Both the position numbers and the translations under genes were made by a program. 32,550 bases of DNA, taken from positions 1 through 32,550 of the forward strand of contig NMRA01000930.1 of the NCBI GenBank assembly GCA_002633005.1, written 5' to 3'. Positions within the stretch are counted from its first letter, which is position 1. Each line of letters begins with the position of its first letter. The stretch comes from Phoronis australis (taxonomy: Eukaryota > Animalia > Phoronida). The notes under the pieces were generated by a model that saw only the letters and a program-made list of their open reading frames with translations, had not been told where the DNA came from and made no database searches. Below, piece after piece: positions 1 to 8,730 of this stretch.

Positions 1-71
1 GTGCCAAATTTGGTGAAAATCGGGTGACCCCCACCTTGCCGCTCATGGCTGGTGCTCTCGTGGACTAGTAC
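1..71. mobile_element. Right end of a TTAA-targeting non-autonomous DNA transposon (Kolobok/piggyBac-like target)
   Basis: Near-identical to 25828-25898 (CAAATTTGGTGAAAATCGG.TGACCCCCACCTTGC...GGCTGGTGCT.TCGTGGAC.AG.AC) and inverted-similar to 21276-21340. All three similarities stop exactly at a TTAA (72-75 here). Confidence 0.65.
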
Positions 72-75
72 TTAA

Positions 76-200
76 TATGTGATTAATTTCGTAGCCATGA
101 TCTCCAAAGAATGCAAATAGGAGGACACGCTTTTCAGCCAGTAACAGGTTATCTCCAACGACGTTTGAAATCCAAGTTTGTAACTTATTCCAAAAAGAAA
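76..200 (-). mobile_element. Fragment of L1/Tx1-type LINE ORF2 C-terminal region
   Basis: Translation SFWNKLQTWISNVVGDNLLLAEKRVLLF...INHIL fits the FWxxLxxWI...L.L....+LF...INHIL pattern that follows the zf-RVT CCHC motif in L1/Tx1 ORF2. It is cut at the TTAA where the DNA element inserted. Confidence 0.55.
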
Positions 201-214
201 GTGCTGTTACTGAA

Positions 215-421
215 TCAATGTCGATGTATGGCAACGGTGTTTTTAGTTAGCGGGAGAGTAGCTGAAGTGATCAAAGCCGAGCGACTTAATATTGGTGGTG
301 GTACCACTGTTGAAGCGGACTTGATAGCTGATGTGGATTTCATATGAAACACAAAACCTATGAAGACGACGAGAAGGGCGACGACGAAGACCATTACACT
401 AATCACCTGATTATGGCTCAT
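215..421 (-). other. Short ORF with N-terminal hydrophobic signal-anchor and Ser/Thr/Pro-rich stem (possible type II membrane protein fragment)
   Basis: MSHNQVISVMVFVVALLVVFIGFVF is a ~20-residue hydrophobic segment followed by an S/T/P-rich stretch. No catalytic domain follows, and it ends next to the LINE scrap. Confidence 0.25.
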
Positions 422-840
422 GGGGACACGAAATCACCGGATTCCTCATGGGTAAAATATTCCAATCTGCCTGTTTATTTCATGGTCTTAAGGGATTGGC
501 GTCAGAGATTTAAGAAATGATGCAGTGGCATCAAAGGTGGAGAATATGGAGGCGCTACTGGCCGGAGAACGGGACTGCTTAATACGGACAAATTTGGGTT
601 GAAGTCTTGGCCACTCGAACTGAACGTGATGGTGATATTGTGATCACGACTATGGATCTTCATACAGGATAGAAGGTAAGGCTTCATACTGATTTTTACA
701 GCAATTTTATGCAGTTGTTCCCTGAGTGTGGTTGGGAAACGCTGCCCCTGATGGTCATTGATACACGGCAGATGTTGTCGTGCCTCTACCTTCTGTGTTC
801 CACCCCCTGAAACTGTTGCTGATAAAATGAAGTGAACGAT

Positions 841-1105
841 TGTCACGTTTTCCCCGTGTGTGGGTGGGTGCAGGTTGTTACAGTCCGGTGCTAATAGCTT
901 TCGGTGCGACGATTGACTGAAGACTGGTTCGAGTTAATCCTTTATTAATCCCGACCGTACGTTCACAAGCCTACTGAAACAAAACGTCCGACGTAATGTC
1001 TATTTATGCTCCAGCCAGTGCTGCGAAGCCTTGACTTGTGATGAACTTCTGAGCCCCCTACAGCAACTGTTAAACTCGTCGATTCAATAACCTGCTGTCG
1101 AAGCT
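841..1105 (-). mobile_element. 3' part of an LTR belonging to the adjacent Gypsy element
   Basis: On the minus strand it ends ...CGTGACA (TGTCACG at 841 on +), a typical LTR terminus. AATAAA lies ~100 nt before the end (TTTATT at 941-946). It sits directly downstream of the integrase in the same orientation. The inner boundary is approximate. Confidence 0.55.
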
Positions 1106-2836
1106 CTAAACCGCTTCGTCAGTCACACACTCTTCAATTAACACCGCACCGATCGCTTTATCTTTACCTGTGATGTTGTCAGCTTGGCGTTCGTGATACG
1201 CCTTCAACAGATTGGCATGGAAGATCTTTATCTTGACGTTCATGTTGATTCTGTAGTCCATACGATTGACTTTTTCTGTAACCTCATAAGGCCCCTTCCA
1301 CTGCAGAGTAAGCTTGTTGTGTTCTCTGGGAAGTAACACCAACACTCTTTGTCCAACTTGAAACTGCCTATCTCTGGTCTTCTTGTCGTAGTAATGCTTG
1401 TGAATACCTTGTGAATTGTACACACGTTTTCTAGCCAACTCGCAGGTCTCCTCTAAGCGGTTTCTGAGCTCAAAGACATACTGGTAAGTATTACGAACTT
1501 CGTTGCTGTCTTCCCCAGTCCAGAGTCGCTCAGTATCTGCATCGGACCTCTTACTGTCCCGCCGTATAGCAACTCAAAGGGTGAAAATCCTGTGGTTGAT
1601 TGCGGGACTTCCCGGTAAGCAAACAGGACAGCTAGCAGATACCGGTCCCAATCCTTTGCTTTTTCTTGACACATCTTCTTCAGCATGGCTTATAGAACAC
1701 CATTGATTCTTTGACAGAGCCCGTTACAGCGTGGATTGTAAGGGGTCGTGTGTAGCTGCAGTGCACTCACAAGCCTGCTGACCTCCTTCATCAGTTCCGC
1801 AGTGAACTGCGTTCCACGATCACCCAGGGTCTCTTGTGGGAACCCTACTCTACTGAAGACTTTTAATAATGCTTTATCCACGCGCTCTGTCTCAATATTC
1901 GGTAGCGCCACTGCTTCTGGTTACCTTGTAGCGAAATATACCACTGCGAGAATGTATCTGTTTCCTTTATCGGAAACTGGAGCTATAGGGCCAATCAGAT
2001 CAATCGCGATCCTTTTGAAAGGCTCCTGCATCAAAGGCATCTCTCCCAGGGGTACTTTGGTCACACGACCTTTAGGGATTGTCTTCTGGCAGATGTCGCA
2101 TGATCTGCAGAATCGGGTCACTTCTGATGCCACTCCTGGCCAATAGAAGTTGCTGGTGATACGGTCAGTTGTCTTCCTAACACCGAGGTGCCCACCGAGT
2201 ATAGACTCATGAGCAAGCCTCATCACGGACTTCCGTAAACTGCTCGGCACGACAACTTGTTTCACCTCTTCACCGTCTTCCTTCTTGAATATCCGATAGA
2301 GTATTCCTCTCTGAATTTCCATAACGTATGACCCCTTACATTTGGTCTGTCGCTTAACCTTGGCTTCGACTTGCCCCCACAGCTTTTTCATTGACGAATC
2401 TTCATGCTGGGCTTCTTTGAACTGCTTTAGTACCACTTCTTGTATGGTGGGAGATACAGCTAATAGTTCAATGTCCCCTTTTGTCGCTCTGCCTGAGCCC
2501 TGGTAGTCACTGCTACCGCTTCCCTGCTGGATTCATCTGGATCTGCTCCTACCGACATGTCGGCCACCTCTTCTCTCTCTGGAGTTGAGGTCACTGGGTT
2601 TTCCTCTTGGGAAGTAGTACCCTTTTGAGGGTCATATTTCGGACCCTCCGCTAGCCTATTGCCTATATCGTCCTGGTTGACAGTAGTTGCCGTCTGCTGT
2701 CGCTCAACATTCCCTGGGTCCAAGGCGCCAGGTACGTCCCCAATAATCAAATCGGCCACTGGACGCTCCACACACATCGCAAACACTTCTCCAGTGTAGT
2801 ACTGTGTTTTGATGTTGATGTTGGCGACAGGCAGCC
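1106..2836 (-). mobile_element. Decayed Gmr1-like Ty3/Gypsy pol fragment: protease C-terminus, linker, integrase (HHCC, rve core, GPY/F module)
   Basis: Shows LPVANINIKTQYYTGEVFAMCVERPVADLIIG (aspartic protease C-terminus), the AVTTRAQA linker, AHESILGGHLG...CRSCDICQK (zinc finger), IAIDLIGP, LGDRGTQF, TPYNPRCNGLCQRIN, LFAYREVPQSTTGFSPFELLYG and WKGPYEV. It is broken by stops or frameshifts near 2460, 1921, 1690, 1500 and 1450. Confidence 0.93.
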
Positions 2837-3212
2837 ATATAATAAAGAAACAGCGTCTTTAATTCAGCACATGTCAGTGTAGATCCTAGAAAATGCTTGA
2901 AACCCTACTGACCGAGGTACTTAATCAGTGTACAGGACTTCTATACGTGGTATCACGACATATTTGAATCTTCAGTGGACTTGAAAGCGTGAAAAATAGT
3001 GTTGCTTTCCCATTGGCGCTGCAACCGCCATTTCGCGGAGATTTGGTCAGTTTATGTGGACGCGCATTCCCACGACTAAAGCAGACACCGCAACTCATCT
3101 AAAAATACTGCAGATGTATTAAGCTGCACACATTGACCGGTACCCTACAGTGGGACAGGTTAACTCCTCTCCCACTGGAAGAGAGAAATGGCGTGCCTTG
3201 AGTTATACACAC

Positions 3213-3612
3213 TGTCGAAAATTGACTGTGGGTTTGTTTAAAAGGTAGTTATGCTCTGAGATTTTGTGTAGATGGAGAGAGAATGATGAAATCCAGTAAT
3301 TAATTTATTATACGATAACCACTAATTAGACAAGTGAAACCTGTTGTTAATTGACTATCAACTACAAGTAAGAGTAACTACGCTAGTGCACTCTTTAAAG
3401 ATTACTTCAATCAATCAACAAAAATAATGAAATGTCTTAATATCTGCTTTCCAAGCTGTATGACTCTCCACATGTTGGATGACAGTCATGTTGGTGAATC
3501 CTCGAACTACACACACACTGTCTTGCGACAGTGTACTTCAGTGCTGGTCACAGTCTCTGGTGACGCAACACTTGCAAGCAGTATCTTCTACTCACGATTC
3601 CTCTCGCTGGTC
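3213..3612 (-). mobile_element. Truncated LTR copy (same family as 28671-29398)
   Basis: ~400 bp collinear direct similarity to 28671-~29060. Both copies begin TGTC...ATTGACTGTGGGTTTGTTTAAAAGGTAG. Confidence 0.7.
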
Positions 3613-4355
3613 ATAGGAACAAAGGTTTGGAAATGTAGACAGAAGTCATTTTCAAAAATACTGGTCCGTCAAGTGACCATTAAATCATACCAATTTTATC
3701 ACAATGACTTATCAAAGCGGGCTTTGTCGAACTACTGGTCGATGATTCTCGCTTACACTTTAATCATTTGTAGAATTAATACTTGGAACTAGTGCTTAAA
3801 ATGTTGATAACTTCTATCTGCATACTTACGGTATCTGCAAGGTCTCTATGGTAACCTACAACTGAATAGATGCATTGTAAGCAACTTGAATTTCCTAATT
3901 TCACCTCCAGTCACTAGTTTATCCTATAGTAGGCCTCTTACAATAGGCAACTACTAAATGAGGGTGGGGTAATCGGCAATAAAAGACAGAAAAAAGCCTC
4001 AGTATTTTTTCTAAATGAGCACCTAAGGCCATTTCTTAACCACAAGTTCAAGAGGGACGTTTGCCAAAGAGCTCCTGGAAAACCCCGGTATTGACTAGAT
4101 CGGAGGCAATGCGGAATATTTGGGTCAACCTACCAATCAAACAAGGTAGTTATGGTGGTATAATACTTGTCATGCATTTCCAAACCAGGTGGCAATCTCA
4201 GCTAGCTATTAATTTCTGGCAGACGGTTGCTGGTGTGGTCGGAGTTGCCTAGACGACCGGACGCCCTTTCAATGCAAACCGGTAGAACAAACATTTGTGA
4301 CTTTTGTTGTAAACGTATTATCTAAAATGCTATAGTAAACATTGTAATTTGCAAG

Positions 4356-4522
4356 GATCCTGCCGGAAAGCCACGTCAGGTTATACAAATGGAGTTAAAA
4401 GGGTGGCCTGTCAACCAACACGTGCCTCATCCGGACGTTCAGGCGTCGCTGATTGACTTGGTGGACATGGTAGAAAGATACCAGCAGAAGACAGGGAACA
4501 AAACCGTTGTTGTCACGTGTTT
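4356..4522 (+). CDS. Receptor-type protein tyrosine phosphatase, D2 domain exon (WPD-loop equivalent to the P-loop Cys)
   Basis: AAG acceptor at 4353-4355. Encodes DPAGKPRQVIQMELKGWPVNQHVPHPDVQASLIDLVDMVERYQQKTGNKTVVVTC(L). Ends in phase 2, matching the next exon, but the donor reads GGAAGT. Confidence 0.88.
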
Positions 4523-5231
4523 GGAAGTTACTCACGTATAATACATTACAATTTTACCAAAAGACACGGAAAAACGTTTTTCTTTAGGCAATTCATTTGC
4601 ATTTACCCGGATATTCGAGTTCGTAGCAAGTCATTGAAAGTGTGACTATTGGCACTTTGGCTCATGTATGGTTCAACCTTCTTTTCTGCTCCTTCAGACC
4701 AAATACAATAATTACGAAAGTGTGTAACCGTCGTTCATACAGACGATGTTGAAATCCGAGGTCAAATGTTTCATGAATGGAAACCAAAACCGAGTGCAGA
4801 CGCATCAATTTCCGTCAAGTGGACTGCAATGTTTTTAAGATTGTATAAGCGCCATGCATGAAATACATGTACCACTAGTCAGATTTTTAACAAGACGTAA
4901 CCAACTTTGTCGAGGTCCGATCCATTTTGCACCCACTCCCCTTCTTCGCCTTCCCCTGGTCGATCTCTACCGATATGCTCTCACTCAAACCTCCCCCGGG
5001 CGTTGCAAATTCCATAACTTCTCTTTTCGATCAAATACCTCGTCGTTTTCGCTCAAACCCTGCAAATTATTTCGGTCATGCCTGCATCCATCGAAATCCG
5101 GGTACATTTCGCAGAAACCCATTGTTACGGAATGTTTTATTACGGTTCTGCAATGCAAAGCCGAAAATGAATATTTTTGATAATTGATAATTGATCACAC
5201 ACGTTATTTTTGCGATCTTTACATTTTACAG

Positions 5232-5367
5232 AGACGGCTTCACACAGAGTGGCGTATTTTGCTCCTTTGAATATCTCGCATCTAAAATTAAAGTGGAGCA
5301 AGGGATCGACGTGTTTCAGAGCGTTCGCCATGTCAGATATAACAGACCCCAGTTCATCTGCAATTTG
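5232..5367 (+). CDS. Receptor-type protein tyrosine phosphatase, D2 domain penultimate exon
   Basis: TTTTACAG acceptor and GTACGT donor. The 136-bp phase 2-to-0 exon encodes DGFTQSGVFCSFEYLASKIKVEQGIDVFQSVRHVRYNRPQFICNL, with the classic PTP DVFQxVxxxRxxRP motif. Confidence 0.93.
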
Positions 5368-5782
5368 GTACGTGTCCGTATGCATCTTAACTACGTATCA
5401 TCTTGAAAATGTCCACTGGGGTCGGGTACATGTTGAGGAGATCTAACATAAATAAATTACATAGGAATGCAATACAATATGATACAGTTATTCAGTAAGT
5501 GCAATGCAGTACATTGAAAAGACAGTGTGGAATATTGGGATAAGGGTTAGCTTCCTTTGCTCAAAGTCGTGGGCTCGAGTGCTACTGGGGTACTCTGCTT
5601 GAACCTTGGGTCTCTGTCTCCTCGGCTCGGTTTTAACTACATATTGATGAAACGTAATTAAGATCCAGAGAAACGAAGCCTCAGTACACGGTCACACGAT
5701 AATATAAATACAATCTGATCAGGAAAGTAATGTTTTATTGGCCTTCCGGTATCAATCCACATTTGTGTAATATTACGTACTT

Positions 5783-5970
5783 TGTATCATTGTGCTTCCC
5801 AAGTCCATATCGCAGATTCACACCTGTGCAGATCACGTACCATTCCATTGCTTCTGGAGAGCTACAGTAATTACCATGTATCATTGTGCTTCCCAAGTCC
5901 ATATCGCAGATTCACACCTGTGCAGATCACGTACCATTCCATTGCTTCTGGAGAACAACAGTAATTACCA
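5783..5970. repeat. Tandem duplication, 2 x 94 bp, intronic
   Basis: 5783-5876 and 5877-5970 are identical except GCT vs ACA near the unit end (2 substitutions). Confidence 0.97.
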
Positions 5971-6051
5971 CTGTTGAACTACTGTAGGTAAGCATAACAT
6001 ACATGTACATGTAGAAAAACATGCGATTTCAATTTTTACGATTTTTTTCAG

Positions 6052-6138
6052 GAGCAGTATACAGCTCTGTATCGATTGGCGAAACAGTACATGGAAACGT
6101 TCGAGACATATGCCAATTTCAGTAATTTATTAGTGTGA
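6052..6138 (+). CDS. Receptor-type protein tyrosine phosphatase, terminal exon
   Basis: TTTTTTTCAG acceptor, phase 0. Encodes EQYTALYRLAKQYMETFETYANFSNLLV*, containing the EQY Q-loop motif and a YANF tail like PTPRA/PTPRE. Confidence 0.92.
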   Translation, partial: EQYTALYRLAKQYMETFETYANFSNLLV

Positions 6139-8203
6139 CACCATGTTGCGAACACAGGAGAAGGCGGCACATGCATTCGGCTATTATGATCTTCACAGAA
6201 ATGCAGTAGAAATTGATGCTTCTAACCTTTATGTACGTTTGCAGTACAATTTAGCTATTCCAAATGTATGAGCTTAAAGAAGACGATTAAGTTTCAATAT
6301 TCCTTGATGGTTAAGAGCTGTTATATCGAAATCCTCGTTTTTGTATTTAAGTTCTAAAAAACACTTAGCAATCATTGTTATGTATTCTTGCGAGAAAATT
6401 TTGCTCTGCAGTTCTCAGTTCTTATTTTTTCTTTGAGTATAAAGTGAGGTCGAAAAAGCAACATTGATTCTGGTTATTTCCCGGACTTACTTTGAAACCT
6501 GCGTTCACCGACTGAAATTGCAGCCAAGATTTCGTGTGTTTTGAGAAAAACTGTACCAAGGCACGAAAACAAAGCAAGACTTGAAACGTCATGATTTGCC
6601 AAACGATGAGGAAAAAACCCGAAACGTCCCGCATCATTTTGCTCGTCTGGAGTGGATTTTCGTTTTTTAAAATGAACATCTAAAAGCAAACCTCACCACT
6701 GACCCGAGTTTCTGACAAGAGACCCAAACCAAATTTACCTTTTTGGCATGAGGTTACTTTTCATTTTAATTTTCATTAGTTCTAATTATAGTGGCGTTAA
6801 CTTGCAGCGCCTATGCCTTTCAGTTTACTTGCGTACAGGGCGTCCTGTGCAAAAGAGTGCCAATCACCTCAGGGGAGTAACGTGATAAAATGTCATCTCA
6901 TCGGGGTAGACAATATTCCTTCACGAACCAAAAGGGCGTTCTTATGGTTCTTATCTCATATTACTCTAGCTTGTTTTCAGTCTAGCTGCAGTCAGCGTTC
7001 GATTTGGTGATCTGCTGTTCGCCAATGCGGCTTTAGATTTTCGACTAATACATGGTACATGTATGGACAACGAAAGTTTACTTCGTGAACGCTTTCGGTT
7101 TCCCTGTTCCGTTGGTCATCCTCAAACGGATGGCTATTGAACACCCGAGCATATAACGTCACGATTGGAACTTGTTCTTCCGCGTGATTGCGGTGTTTTC
7201 TTGCTCTGGCGACCTCAGTTGCCGTTTGCAAAATTGACACGTTTTTTCTGCAATTCTTTTCTCACTAATTACATGTTGCCGGTTGTGGTACATACAGGTT
7301 TGATACATCGTGCCAAGCACATGCTCCGTAATGTTAATTCCGTGCGTCTCTTGCTTTGTCATTCGTGAAAAAATATATGTGGTTTACGGAAGCACACAAA
7401 TGTGTTGTATTGCGAGATAAGATCTTGATCGTGAATGAGAACAGTGCGCAGTTAATTAGTACGCCCTTGCGGGCTTCGAGGTTGAAATGTTGTTTAATCC
7501 CTCATACATTGCTGCTCGAAATTACTCTCACCCGCTCACGCTAATTAAGAAACCCCGCAGGAATGTGGTCTTCTGTGTTCGCTTGCATAAAACAGTCCCA
7601 CATAGGTACTCAACTAAATTCCCTAAATCTTTTTCTTATTTGTTTCATTCTTAAGGCACAGATGTACTAGTTTTCCATTATTTTATCTATATTTTGAGGT
7701 TTTCTTTGAATAATGATATTTTCGAATAATGAGATTTATGGCACTCTGACATAAATCCTATTATTTGGGCAAATACCATTATAGAGCCCTTCATGCTTCA
7801 TATCCAACTGCTGGTTAGTTCCTACCATGTCCGATGGTTGCGCTGTTTGTTATTTCTCTCCAGCTTCCTGTTGGCCCAGCCTCAAGCAACAGTACATTCA
7901 CTCGTAAGTCAACCGTTTTCTACCTTTACCACGCTCCATCCCTTTTGCCGAACAAAATCTGCTGTTGGTCATTGTTGTTTTTACAGCCACTGCTGGTACC
8001 TTCTTCAAGCCCGGAGCGTGTTACCGTCAGGCAAGAACCGACGTCATTGGCTAGCGACCAGACCTGTACGTGAGCGTCCATTACTGCAGCTTGCTTCTCT
8101 CCACCCCGGTCACGGCTCTCGGCACATACTGAGCCACAACACCACGTTCCTTACAATATCTCTTTTTATCACTCCGGCTGGTCTGCTCACTCAGCTTGTC
8201 CGG

Positions 8204-8490
8204 AACCTGCTTTGCAGGTTGTTATAGCCCAGTTGGCTGTTTGGTGTACCCACTTGGTACTTTATATGATATTTGCCCATTTGGCAGTTTGTACCCACTT
8301 GGTACTTGTTATTGAATTTGCCGCTTTGCTCGACCCAGTTGGTAGGCAATCGGCCAATACCCATTTGGTATTATGTACCCATTTGGTACTATGCTAACCT
8401 GTGCCACTTAGTATCCGATACTCAGTTACACTTTGGGTATCGGAAATGTGTGTGTTATCTCTTGTAATTAAGGAACCCATCTGGTTCCTT
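8204..8490 (+). other. Array of short hairpins with conserved CC-CANYT-GG loop and variable complementary stems
   Basis: AGCC-CAGTT-GGCT 8226, GTACC-CACTT-GGTAC 8246, TGCC-CATTT-GGCA 8274, GTACC-CACTT-GGTAC 8291, ACC-CAGTT-GGT 8333, AATACC-CATTT-GGTATT 8356, GTACC-CATTT-GGTAC 8375 and AAGGAACC-CATCT-GGTTCCTT 8470. Unrelated stems occur at 8204-8220 and 8414-8444. Confidence 0.85.
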
Positions 8491-8720
8491 CTGTGAAATA
8501 TTTATTTGTAGAGCTGTGACCCTGAAATTCCCAATACAACTTAAAATATTTATTATTCTTTTTGTTTTATTTGTCCCCAATAATGCCCTTAATTCAATCA
8601 AAACAGTTAGGGACTTTGTCCTTAAATTGGGGGAGTTGCATGAACAAATCCCTACTTATTTTCAATAATTTTGATAATTCAATCTAGATTTCACTCTCGA
8701 TTTGTATCAAAGCCAAAAAT

Positions 8721-8730
8721 TGGCGTAGTC
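8721..8730 (+). promoter_or_regulatory. Possible tRNA-Ser primer binding site of an LTR retrotransposon
   Basis: TGGCGTAGTC is the reverse complement of the last 10 nt of metazoan tRNA-Ser (..GACTACGCCA) and follows ...CCA-AAAAT. The match stops at 10 nt and no gag ORF follows. Confidence 0.35.

Noticed and set aside
30-70. Helitron 3' end (hairpin plus CTAG|T at 65-69)
   Set aside because: Sister copies read GACAAG and GACTGA at this position, and all extend to a shared AC-TTAA, so CTAG is not the conserved terminus.
1503-2146. + strand ORFs of 67 and 132 aa
   Set aside because: Antisense shadows of the integrase reading frame.
3427-3792. 121-aa ORF as an upstream RPTP exon
   Set aside because: It starts inside the LTR copy and lacks PTP motifs (no YWP, DFW or NRxKN).
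5526-5761. Small solo LTR (TGTGGA...TCCACA)
   Set aside because: Only a 6-bp inverted match, no target-site duplication and no second copy in the window.
7793-8227. 144-aa ORF as a gene
   Set aside because: No recognisable domain and L/S/H-rich composition typical of pyrimidine-rich non-coding repeat sequence.
8226-8490. CRISPR array or iron-responsive elements as the explanation of the hairpin units
   Set aside because: The repeats are only 11-21 bp with non-identical arms and irregular 2-80 nt spacers, there are no cas genes, and the context is eukaryotic. The loops are CANUU, not the IRE CAGUGN with a bulged C.
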